Assembly: GCA_965649825.1 (NCBI GenBank)
Contig: OZ287705.1
Location: 892,314 to 956,313 of the forward strand
From: Penicillus capitatus
Taxonomy: Eukaryota > Plantae > Chlorophyta
Direction: 5' to 3'
DNA: 64,000 nt
Positions within the stretch are counted from its first letter, which is position 1. Each line of letters begins with the position of its first letter. Below the pieces are notes generated by a model that was not told where the DNA came from, made no database searches, and saw only the letters and a list, made by a program, of their open reading frames with translations. Below are positions 51,604-63,038 of this stretch, in pieces. The position numbers were made by a program, and so were the translations under genes.

Positions 51604-51922
51604 GGAATGTCGAACTTAATGATCACCAATGTTCGTAACGTCGTTAATGGATCGTCAGTAGTAACTGGCGTTTTCGCTCAAGGCGCGCCACGACAACGAC
51701 GGCAACTGAGTCAATCGCTTTTTACTCTTGTCGCACGAAGAGGCAAAGAAAGACGATCGTTTTTGACGTGCCCCCACTCACAACACCGCACTTGCATACC
51801 GAGGTTGGCCGATCTGTTGACAGCCAGACGGAATCTCTTCGCTGGAACGACAGTGGCGATCGGAGAGCGGTGGTTTGTACATAGAAAGCGTTCGCTAAAC
51901 GGATCATCGGACTGAGTATTGG

Positions 51923-54900
51923 ATGTATCGTCCAAGACGTGGCCGTAGACCTTTGACACGACAAGCACTGCCGCCATCATCGGCAGAGGAGCATCCGAAA
52001 GGACATTCGATTGACGAAGGTGAACGAACGATATCGTCCGCCGAAAAGCAGTGGGCAGAAGACATATCGTCACAGCGCAAGCGCATGCACGATGTTCGAG
52101 TGGATATTTCCCAAGGACAGGAATCTAAAGGCCGTGATGGACACCATTGTCCTTCCGAGACGCACTCTCGTTTGGAAGCATCCAATTTCCGGCCACCCAA
52201 AGCGCACGGTCCACCCCAAAAGACAACAGTCCGTCCAGTGCTGCTCTCTTGTGTGCTGTATGCTTGGTGTGTAGGGGGAAGAGAGTCGTCGCAAGAGATC
52301 GAGATATGAAAAGACAGCATCCCAGCGTCCGTTGAGAGATGCTCCATCTGATCCTTCGATGACACTCAGTGATTATCTGCCTGAGGACATTGTTAAGCAG
52401 TATCTGTCTCTGGGCAAGAGCCAAGCGTTGTTTGGTTGGCAAGCGGAATGCCTAAGATCACCTGGTGTGCTCGATGGCAAGAGTATTGTTTACTGTGCAC
52501 CCACCAGTGCTGGAAAGAGTCTGGTGGCTGAGATTCTGATGCTTCGAAGATTATCGTCGACATCGAGTGTTGGCATGTTGGTGCTGCCATTTGTGGCTCT
52601 CTGTTCTGAGAAGGCCAATCAACTGGAATCCTTGCTGGTCCCTCTACAGAAGAAGATTCGTCGCTTCTACGGTTCAAAGAACAGTCCTGTCATTTTCAAA
52701 CGCGACACTGGCATTCTTGTCTGTACAATTGAGAAGGCCAATATCTTGATCAACCGCATGATGGAAGAGAACATTCTGGATCGGCTGGGAATTGTCGTCG
52801 TGGATGAGTTGCACATGGTGGACGATCCTTATCGAGGCTATCTTCTTGAGCTGATGCTCACAAAGCTTCGTTACATGTCCCTCAGAGGGACGCCTGCTGA
52901 TGGAAACCTGCAGATTGTGGGAATGAGTGCAACGATGCCGAATGGTCATGAAGTGGCACAGTGGCTGGGCGCTGAGCTCTACATTACAGATGTTCGACCA
53001 GTGCCTCTCAGACTGTTTCTCAAAGTGGGGACATCTGTGTTGGATGTGACGGGAACAGAGGTACGGCAGCTGGAGCCGCCAGCCGATTGGACAGGAGATC
53101 CGGATCATGTGGCTTGGTTGACAAAGGAAACGGTGGATCAAGGGCATTCTGTTCTTATTTTCTGCTGCAGCAAGAAGGCCTGTGTGATTTGTGCCGAACA
53201 AATCTCTAAACTCATGACCATTCCGGTGCGTGACGTGAAGGGCAGTCGAAGACGGTCGTCACTGACCCGCGAATTGGGCCATGCTTTGGGAGAGCATCAG
53301 CAAAAACTGTTGGAGCTTATTCCGCAGGGAATCGCATTTCATCACGCTGGATTATCATCTGAAGAGCGTCAGTTGGTGGAGAAGGCCTATCGAAGTGGTG
53401 CGATCTCTGTTTTGACGGCAACGTCGACATTGGCTGCTGGTGTCAATCTCCCGGCAAGACGCGTTATATTCCGAGAACCCTACGTTGGTCTGACCACAAA
53501 TGTACTGGATCCCACAAGCTTTCGCCAAATGGCAGGGCGTGCCGGTAAGCTAAGGGCATACATCCCTCTTTGACACTGGATTTCAAATGCCTTTGGCGTA
53601 GGGCGTGCCGGAATCGATGATGAAGGTGAAGCCTATCTGCTGGAATCGAAGTATGTCAAGACTGAGATACTTCAGAATCTCATTAAACGCGATGCGGACC
53701 CTGTTTCCAGCTGCTTGAGCAAAGAAAAGAATGGCATGATCCGTTTGTTACATGAAGTACCCTCATCGACGATAGATCCATGCACATTGATCTCAGAATT
53801 CCGGTATAGGTCATTTCGACAGGGGCTGTGAAGACTGGCAGTGATGTGGAGCGACTCATTCAAAGCACGCTTTTGGCTCAGACACCCGGCAATGCAGAGA
53901 TCGTATCATCTACGGCAAATGACGGCTTGACCTGGCTCAGCAATCACAAACTGATTATGTGGCATCCAGCTCATTCAGGAGCACCTGGTGTCTGGATATG
54001 CCGTTCCCTCAGCAAAGCCATTACCGCTTCAGGAATGGATCCACGTGAATGTGCCCTTGTCAAGAAAGATCTTCTAAAAGCACAGGAACATTTGATCTTG
54101 GCTACCGATCTGCATCTCGCATACTTGACAACACCGCATACCGTTGAGCTGTCTGTTGACTGGGAGAAACTCTATTACTTAATCAGCAGACTCACTGTGC
54201 TGGATACCACTGTGACAGAATTGGTGGGTGTGGACATGCTCTTCCTTCAGAGGAAGTGTCAAGGGAGTCAGTGTTCAGGAAGTCAGGAGAGAGAACGCAT
54301 TGGTCGACGATTCTATGCTGCTCTTATTCTTAGAGACATCGTCAGTGAAACGCCTCTACCCAAGATCTGCCAGAATTTCAATCTCTCCTTGAGCGCTGTC
54401 GAAGATTTGAGAGAACGATCTCTGCGTTATGCGAACATGTCTGCCATCTTCTGTGGTGTTCTTAGATGGGCATATCTGCACGTCCTGATCGAAGAGTTCC
54501 AAAAACGGATCTATCGTGGGGCACGGCCTGAGATTATTCAGTTGACAGAGATTCCTTATGTGAAGGCTCATCGTGCTCGACTTCTGTATGAAGCTGGATT
54601 CCGCAGCATTGAAGAAATCGCAGAGCTGCATTCGGTCGATAAACTGGTAAAGACATTGACAGCGGAGCAAGGTGTGGATGGTCGCCAAGAAGGTTTGGAG
54701 TTGCAGATCGCTCGAAGGATCATCAAAGGAGCTCAGTCCATTGTAATGAAGCGCACGGAAGTTGCCGCGATTGAAGAAGACATTGTCGCCGAAACGGAGA
54801 GCCTTTATGACGGCAGTTGTGCCGATGAGATCACAGAGTCATTTCCTGAAGACATGGACTCCTCCTCTCATCAACTCCCGACGCACGAGCTTCATCATTC

Positions 54901-56993
54901 TGTTCCAGAAATGGAGCTCTCTGCCAGTCTGCGTCGCCTATCCGTGAAGCCATCGAAACCTGACTGGATCTCTGAGGGAATTGCAATTTTGAGTTCCGTT
55001 GCAGAGATGCAATCGCTCGTTCAGTATGTGTTGTCGGCAGATGTCTGTCACATCTCTTTCCAATCACATTTCTCAGATTCCTGTCAGGAAGTGCCATCTT
55101 ACCTCGCGGGCGTAGCTCTGTGCTTCTCCGACATGTCGGTTACTTATGTGGCCCTGTCGGATGAGGCACCTGAGATTCTGTGCTGTCTGGTGGATGTCAT
55201 GCAGAAAGCAGAGATGCAGAAAACGACCTTTGGCCTCGGAGACAGCATGCATTGGATTAAAGGACTGCTACAGCGATCTGCTCTTGCAGCTTTTCCTTCT
55301 GTGATCGATGTCCAGGAAGCTGCAAAGTATCTGGAAGGTCAATCCTCTGCAACAAACGACCTGGAAGGTCTGTTTCAACTTTTTCAACTCGAAGAGGAGT
55401 ATCAGTCGATCAAAGAATTCTATGCCAACGCATCAGAGGGTCTCCCGAATCGATTTGTCCTACGTTCCTGCTGCTCTGCGGCAGCTCTGACGCGAAAGCT
55501 GTGGATTGTTCTGCAAGAAAAGCTACAGAGAGAGGGTCTATTGGATGTCTTCCAAGACATCCAAATGCCGCATGCGCAGATTTCAGAGACTCTCAGTCAG
55601 AATGGTCTCTTTCTCGACAGAAAAAGAACAATGCAACAACTCGCTTTGATCGATGAAATACAATCCGATCTCCAAAGCATGAGCACATCCATCGCTGGGA
55701 CTGTCTTTGATTTCAGTAACAGCGATCAGATAGTCGAGAACCTCGTTGATGTGCTGAAACTGAATCACCCAATGGAAGTTGTGAACAGCCAAGATAAAGA
55801 GATTGCTCTTAGGGCACTGCAAGATCAGCATCCACTTCCGGCCATCATTCTGCAGTTGAAGAGATGGTCAGTCCTTCGTGAGAGTCTCTCTTTTGCCCTC
55901 AATGAGTTGCCACAAGAACAGAACAGGTGACATCTCCCTGATGATGTCCATGTGTGACGCTGAGCTTTGCATTGCAGTGTTTGGTTAAGAGCTGATCTTT
56001 TTGAACGTACGGTTCAGAGTTGGGAAGAGAAGGAAAAGGAATTCTTGCAAAGCCTGCCTTTGCACCGAGTGGATCGGTCAGCCGACGGAAGCCTACTGAT
56101 GTCTCCCCTGGAGGCCCAGCATCAGAATACAGCCGTCATTTGCCACTGTCTTGAGCATTACGATGGGTCATTTCACACATCATGATCTGTTCACCCGTGA
56201 GGACGGTGGATGTAGGAAGGAAAGAGTGATCGCAACATATCAGCATTTGGATGTGTGGTTATTAGCACACTTCAGTCAAGACCGGGCACTTATCAATGCA
56301 CTTATTCAAGAAGGGATCGATCCATTCAGGGCAATCGCTGGTGCCATAAGTCGAAAGCCACTTCATGAAGCACGCACAGTAGGCTGACAGAAACGCCTTC
56401 TTGAAAGGGCAGGTGAAAACTCTGCTTCATGCATTTGCAGACTTCACAGTCGACAGCCGATTACTTTGAGCGCTTTCTCGCCGGCTTCCTCTGCGGCGCC
56501 AGTTCACTTCTCAGTGCATATATCCTTCGAGTCGGTGAAAAACGAGCTCAGGAATGCTACAGGGAGTTCTCAGCTTTCTTTACAGGTATCATATATATTA
56601 GTGACATAACAGAGCAATAGATGCGTTTCTCTTGCATTAGGTGTGGAATCCTGGATTCAACGAATGGTTGAGTGCACAAAGCAGGGATTGTCTATACGGA
56701 CACTGTTTGGCCGAGGCTTGAAGATCAAAGAAGGAAGCGATATCGAGAGATGCTCAGTGCGATGGGCGATTCAAGGATCTCTCGATGAAATCCTCAAGCG
56801 CGCGACAATTCAACTGCATCAGCGTGGAGCTTCATCTGATCAATGGGATCTCCTATTCCGACACCATCACGGTTTTCTGCTCGAGATCCCACAGTCGCAG
56901 CGAGAGATGGCTGAGAAGGCGATTCAGGAGATCATGTATGATGTGACGTCTCTACCTTATCCCGTTCAAGTATGCATCACACCGACAAGGTAG
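51923..56993 (+). CDS. POLQ: DNA polymerase theta/TEBICHI-like: intact SF2 helicase + degenerate family-A polymerase domain
   Basis: APTSAGKSLVAE, VVVDELHMV, GMSATM, AFHHAGL, TSTLAAGVNLPA, QMAGRAG. C-terminal LLAHFSQD and AIQGS but no catalytic Asp residues. Confidence 0.8.
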
Positions 56994-57030
56994 AAGGAGT
57001 ACTCCGCACGTCACATCACTTGTAGCTTCA

Positions 57031-59649
57031 ATGGTAAAGGCATACTTGCGTTACCGTCATGACATCGCGTTCGGCATCGTCGCCTCACATGGCAACGCTC
57101 TTTACGATTCGACGGGGGAATTCTTTGTCACTGCGTCGTTGGAGGGAGTCGCGGTTTGGAAATCGCGAACTGGAGAGCGCATCGCCCTTCTTCTGGACGA
57201 AGAGGCGACTTCGGCGCAACGTCCCATCGAAGTCAAGACGCTTGCACGTTCGAGGCAAGAACACTTGACCGCGGCGGGTTACTCCGATGGGTCCATTCGG
57301 ATCTGGGATCTGAGTACCTATCAGATGCGAACGTCCTTCCATGGACACAAACGACCCGTGAGTCGTCTCTGCTTCTCAGCTTCTGGGGAGCTTCTGGCTT
57401 CCGGTTCACAAGATACGCAAATCTGTCTCTGGGATGTGATTGGAGAAACGGGCCTTTTCAAGCTACAAGGCCATGGTCACGAGATCACAGGTCTCTGTTT
57501 CTTGAAAGATCGTCAGCTGCTTGTATCTGTCGCCAAAGATGGGCAACTGAAGTTATGGGATTTGACGTCTCAGCATTGCTGCCAGACAGTGCTGCATGAC
57601 AAGGGTGTCATCTGGTCTCTTGCTCTGCATCCTCGTCAGTGTCATGTAGTGATCGGATCTGTGGATGCCTCACTCATCGTTTATGAGCTCAAAGAGGGAG
57701 AGATGCCATCTCTTGATGTACGGATGAAGATGCAGCGCCGAGAAGAGAACCGTGTTCGCTCTTTAGCGTTTTCGGAGAATGGAGAGTATCTCGTCTGTCA
57801 AGGGAATACAACGAGTGCGGAGATCTTTGAGGTATTGACGGAAGAGGTCGCTCGACAGAGATATGAAGAACGGCGCCAAAAGGCAGAGAAGGTCCTCCGC
57901 GAACTTGAACGTAAGAGAGCCAAGGAGGGATCCCTGAACAAGAAACTCGACAAGAAGCAGCGCAAAAATGAAAAGATCTTACAGGAGAGGCTGCAAGATG
58001 TCGTTCTCTATCAGAGTCTAACAATTTATCAGGCCTCCAGCAAGCTGCTCTCTATCGATTTCCGGCCAGGAATGCGTTGTGAATTGGGAATCGCGCTAAG
58101 TTCCAATGCCTTTGAAATGGTCGGCTTTGAGCATTCATCAAACAACAGGAAGGTTTTGGAATACACCCAGAGATTGGAGGTTTACCGCGAAGGGCATCGA
58201 TCAAGCATTCGATCCCTATGTCTCTCTTCAGACAATCAGTTCTTGTTGTCCCTCAGCGAAAAAGAAGCGAAGATCTGGAACACAGAAACTGCGTTCTGTG
58301 TCCATACGCTTTCCTCTGGTTACGGTCTTTCGGGGATCTTTGCTCCAGGAGACAGCGTTGTTGTCGTGGGGACCAAGAGTGGGGCATTGGAGCTCTTCGA
58401 TCTCTTGTCAAGCACCAAGATCGAGTCTGTCCCTGCACATGAAGGTCCGGTGTGGTCCATAACGCCTATCAAAGATGACAAAGGTTTTGTGAGCGGTGGA
58501 GCCGACGGCGCCATCAAAGTTTGGAATTGGGGATTGACGACAGGAGAGGGAGATGAGATCAAACGTGTGACCATCCAGGAAAATGAACAGTCTTTGAGAT
58601 TAGATACCGATGTTCTGTGTGTGGTGCTATCTGCTAATGGCAGATTCTTGGCAGTGGCTTTGCTGGATGCAACGATTCAGATCTACTATGTGGATTCGTT
58701 CCAAATTTTCCTGACACTGTACGGTCACAAACTCCCTGTCCTGTCGATTGACATCTCGGCCGATAGTCAGCTCATTGTGAGCGGCTCAGCCGACAAGAAC
58801 ATCAAGATTTGGGGATTGGATTTTGGAGACTGTCATAAATCCATCTTCGCGCACAAAGATTCTGTCACACAAGTTGCTTTTGTGCACACAACACATTATG
58901 TCATGTCGGTCGGAAAGGATGGTATGCTTAAGTACTGGGATGCCGACAAGTTTGAGCTCCTGCTCGAATTGTCTGGTCATCATGCAGAAGTCTGGTGTCT
59001 TTCTATGAGCCACGAGGGCGGCCTTGTCTTCACCGGCTCGAGTGATCGTTCCTTGCGCAAATGGTCGAGAACAGACGAACCTTTCTTCCTGGAATACGAG
59101 AAAGAGAAACGCATGGAGGCACTGTTTGACGAAGACCCCGTCGAGGATTCAGTGCCCCAAGCACAGGGACTTGCCGGAGAGAAATCTCAGACGACTCTCT
59201 CTGCAGCCGATTCTATTCTGGAGGCGCTGGAACTGGCATCGTTTGAAGCCCGGAGAGGAAGTGCCGATCCACCGAACCCATTGCTATGTGGCCTTGAACC
59301 CGCTGCTTTTGTTCTGCAGGCGGTGCAAAAAATCAAACCCAGTGATCTGGAGGTGGCCCTTCTGTCTCTTCCCTTTACGGATGCCCTGCAGCTGCTCACA
59401 TATTTGGCGGATTGGCTCAAAAAAAGGTGCAGTCAGACAGAGGTCATTTGCCGTGTCCTTCTGCATCTCCTGCGACTCCATTACCGTCCATTATCCACCA
59501 GTCTGCATGTCCGATCTCTTCTGCAGAATCTCCAGTCGTCACTGCGGATAGTTATTGGTGAAATGAAAGATACAGTTGGGTTCAATCTCGAGGCGGTGCG
59601 GTACATCCGCAGCCTGACCCAGAATGATGAAAAGACAGCTGCGTTGTGA
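57031..59649 (+). CDS. UTP12: U3 snoRNP WD-repeat protein UTP12/DIP2/WDR3, intronless
   Basis: Starts MVKAYLRYRHDIAFGI; LYGHKLPVLSIDISADS, WGLDFGDCHKSIFAH; C-terminal Utp12 domain ending VGFN. Confidence 0.95.
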   Translation: MVKAYLRYRHDIAFGIVASHGNALYDSTGEFFVTASLEGVAVWKSRTGERIALLLDEEATSAQRPIEVKTLARSRQEHLTAAGYSDGSIRIWDLSTYQMRTSFHGHKRPVSRLCFSASGELLASGSQDTQICLWDVIGETGLFKLQGHGHEITGLCFLKDRQLLVSVAKDGQLKLWDLTSQHCCQTVLHDKGVIWSLALHPRQCHVVIGSVDASLIVYELKEGEMPSLDVRMKMQRREENRVRSLAFSENGEYLVCQGNTTSAEIFEVLTEEVARQRYEERRQKAEKVLRELERKRAKEGSLNKKLDKKQRKNEKILQERLQDVVLYQSLTIYQASSKLLSIDFRPGMRCELGIALSSNAFEMVGFEHSSNNRKVLEYTQRLEVYREGHRSSIRSLCLSSDNQFLLSLSEKEAKIWNTETAFCVHTLSSGYGLSGIFAPGDSVVVVGTKSGALELFDLLSSTKIESVPAHEGPVWSITPIKDDKGFVSGGADGAIKVWNWGLTTGEGDEIKRVTIQENEQSLRLDTDVLCVVLSANGRFLAVALLDATIQIYYVDSFQIFLTLYGHKLPVLSIDISADSQLIVSGSADKNIKIWGLDFGDCHKSIFAHKDSVTQVAFVHTTHYVMSVGKDGMLKYWDADKFELLLELSGHHAEVWCLSMSHEGGLVFTGSSDRSLRKWSRTDEPFFLEYEKEKRMEALFDEDPVEDSVPQAQGLAGEKSQTTLSAADSILEALELASFEARRGSADPPNPLLCGLEPAAFVLQAVQKIKPSDLEVALLSLPFTDALQLLTYLADWLKKRCSQTEVICRVLLHLLRLHYRPLSTSLHVRSLLQNLQSSLRIVIGEMKDTVGFNLEAVRYIRSLTQNDEKTAAL

Positions 59650-59705
59650 ACGTCTTTCTCAACAGCATTGTACTGTTTGCGTTGGCCGATCGCAGAATCG
59701 ACAAA

Positions 59706-60822
59706 ATGTCGCAGGAGGAGGCGGCAATGACGGCAGAGGGTCCATCTACGGCCATCCGAGAGCATTTGCCACGTTGTCGACGGAAAACAGTGTTCTACGA
59801 ACCCGACGTTCCTGCCGAGAAAGAGGCTTTTCGCGTTCCGAAAGCATGTACTTCGAATAGGAGACGTCTTGTTGAAATGTTTGATGTACAGGGCTCGGGT
59901 ACACGACTGCGAGATATTCCTGCGAGTAAGGGACTTTGTTCTATCTGTGTCATATGACTGCCGAGCAGTTTCAGCGTCGTTGGCCAAGAGTCGGGCAGAG
60001 GAACCTCTTCTGCAAGATATTCACAGAATACTGTTCAAAAGAACAGGAATTGTACGCAACACGTTCGGAAATGCTAACCTGATGAGAGCATCGTGTAGAA
60101 AACGAAACGAAAACGGGACATTGGCGATTTCTCAGGGTTTAGTTTTGCTAGGAGTGAAAAGGTGAAGAGTGAGCATGTCTTACTTGATTTACGACAGATT
60201 GGACGGTAGGAAGCGGAAAAGGAGAAACTTAAAGAGCGCATCCTTCATTCAAGAGGCGTGCGGAAACTGGTGGACTTCTTCGACATTCCTGTGAAAACGG
60301 GCAAAGAAAAAGTGTGTGACAGAGGGTGTGTCTTTATCAACAGGGTAATCTGAGTAGATGACGGATGCAATCGTCGACTTTCTGATGAAACCAGTAGATT
60401 TGAGCGAAGAAAAGAAAGAGCCACCGCCCAGCAAAGTATAATAGCGTCACATCGATCCACAATCTTAGAGGTAAGCTTTGTGATCATGATTTTAGAAGGA
60501 GACGCCAAAGAAAAGAGTAGCTAAGAAAGCGACAGTTTCGCGGAAAAGAAAATCTGATGAGATCAAAAGAAAACCCGAAACCAGTGCAAAAGTGTGACTT
60601 TCGCTGTTTCTGTGCCTACAGCTTAACAGTGGTTTCCAGCGTCCGACGAAGAGAAGTGTGAAAAACAGTGAGAAATCCAAAGAAAATCCAAAGGCGGTGG
60701 CCGGGGAGAACGAACAGCAGGAAAGTGCAGCAACAGATGCTCCAGAGGTAAATGAAGAGGAAGAAGATACACAACCCACAGAGGCGAAGGAGGAAGACAA
60801 AGAGGCAACCGATCACGCATGA
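59706..60822 (+). CDS. DEK-like chromatin protein
   Basis: GSGTRLRDIP, LQDIHRILF, LVDFFDIPV, IVDFLMKP, Lys/Glu-rich tail; multi-exon. Confidence 0.7.
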
Positions 60823-61002
60823 TCCTTGGTACCTGTGTTCTCGAATGGACAGTTTTGTCTGTTAACGAGTGACGGATAATACCGCATGTAACACAAACCA
60901 CACCTTTCATTGACAAAATACATCTGCAAGTCTCGTGACGCCGCACAGAAATCGTTCGTGAAATGCGCCAAGTGTTCTTGAATATTGATATGGGCGATGT
61001 GG

Positions 61003-62451
61003 CTACCACAAAATGAAGTTCTCACTGGCGTTTCCTTTTGAACACTCCAGACAGGGATTCTGCTCGAATCCAGACTTGTTTAACAACTGGCGCACCTAGT
61101 GGAAAAGTGATCAAGGTATGTGATTCGACTAAAGTAAATGGTGTCGTACTTTCACCACCAACTCGTAATTGGTAATTTTGCCGTCTTTAACCTTCTTCTT
61201 ATGTCGACCCACAATTCGCACGACGCTGTGTGAAAGGGCCCCAAATGAACGGCCATCCATTCCTGCAGGGCACGCATTCATCCTCCTATCCTATGGTATT
61301 CGATGTAAGGATGTCCAGACCTGTAACATCGGCAGATGTCTCGTGAGATTGACATCCCGTGATCAAAATTCCTAGGAAAGAGATATGAAGTGTAATAGCT
61401 GTGCTAAGACCGAGAAGCTGTCACCTTTGTTGGGATCCGTCTGTTCAGCTTCCGGCGGTTTTGTACCTGGTGCCACATAGTGAATGTGTGCACTCTGCTG
61501 GGGATCCAAATCTCGTTTCTTTACAGCCAAAGCAGCATTACTTGCATCGTCGCCATGAATGTCCAGCAAAGTGGATCTGAAACTCATGGTTTTCCTGTAA
61601 AACACGCATACGTTGTATAAGGGCCCAAAATATAAAGAGTCAGCAGTTTGAAAGTCATGGACGGGATAGGGGCAAATGACAACGGGGCTTGCCTGATGTT
61701 CTGCGGATTTGCAGGTTTAATGTCTGGCTTCTGTTCCTGCATCATCCCAGCCATTGTATCTAAATCGATTGAACGATTCTTCTTTTCTTTCGCATTCTTC
61801 AAGACGTCGGACTCCGCTAACACTTCGTCGACAGAAATGCCACGGTCGCGAACTTTCATCCTACGACTTGTTGCTGTCCCATGTTCCCCAGCGATAACAA
61901 TCTCCTGGTGATCCAGCATTCCTCCACTATGGCAGCAATCCGACACCATTGTAAATTTCACCTCTGTCCACAGCAATGAATCATAACGGCAACAGAGCAC
62001 ATGTAAACGAACGTTCATTGAGGTGTGAGAGAATATCACGCAAATCGTCATCAATAATGAGATTAAGATCTGTTGGACACAGAGCCTCGTCCATGCCATC
62101 TTCTTCATAGTCTCCATCAGGATCTGCAGGTACTTGCACACCATGTCCACTGAATTGAAAGAAAACGATGTCTCCAGGTTTGGACATGCGGACGATGCGG
62201 ATAAGTTCTTTTTTGATGTTCTTCCCCGTGGGACGTGCATACCCTTCGCCCGTGTCCACCAGAATCTTAATATTTGCTTCGTCAAAACCGAAATGGCTTG
62301 TCAGCAACTCTTTCCAATTCTGAACGTCGTTGGCGCAGCCAGACAGCTCTGCTTTCGTGTTGGGGTAGTTACAGCCAACAAGTAAAGCGCGTTTCGTCCC
62401 GTTGTTTTTTGCATGTGACGGAACATGCGTCTTGGAATGTCCTCCGCCCAT
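61003..62451 (-). CDS. Type II metacaspase
   Basis: KRALLVGCNYP, LSGCANDV, catalytic FSGHG and SDCCHSGG, long linker, p10 ILITGCQSHETSAD, GALS, QNPCL. Confidence 0.93.
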
Positions 62452-62857
62452 TTGAGCGTTTTGAAAACGACAGACGCAGCTGTGGGAGTATCGTGACAAA
62501 TGGCAAAAACGGTCGCCTGTGCTGTAACATCCACGTTTTCTACGTTGACAAGACAGGATATGCTGTCTGAGCTTTTTTTTCAATACTGTATCAAAGTATA
62601 AAGCATCTGTAAGCATCGTGCGGTTCGCGAAGATGAAATAGTAGAGAGGAACATGGCGACAATAAGAACAACAGAAGATGCTGCTGTCTCTACAACAGAC
62701 AATACCAATCCATAGTTCGGACGCTCTTGTAGACACGGAACGTCCACAGGTGTTTCCTGTCTCACCAACACGAACCTCGTTCGTCACGTTCGTCACTTCA
62801 CGCTACGGTTCCGACTTGGGCGACATCCTTTCTCTCCATGCAGAAAGATACATTTAA

Positions 62858-62997
62858 TCTGACAATAGAAACGAAACGGCGAATTCAGTTGCGTTTCGTT
62901 TCTCAGCGATTCTGTCCGTTCTCGGAATGCAATAAACGGACGAAATGATTGAGAAACGAAACGCAACTGAGTTCGCCGTTTCGTTTCTATCGTCAGA
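62858..62997. repeat. 140-bp foldback/MITE-like element with 48-bp inverted arms
   Basis: 62858-62905 is the reverse complement of 62950-62997 with 2 mismatches. Confidence 0.85.
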
Positions 62998-63038
62998 GCC
63001 TAGAGTTTTGTCGAATCGCTTTCTCGCTACAGCTGATC

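Noticed and set aside
61372-62796. Two tandem metacaspase ORFs
   Set aside because: They are exons of one type II gene (His and Cys catalytic motifs in successive exons).
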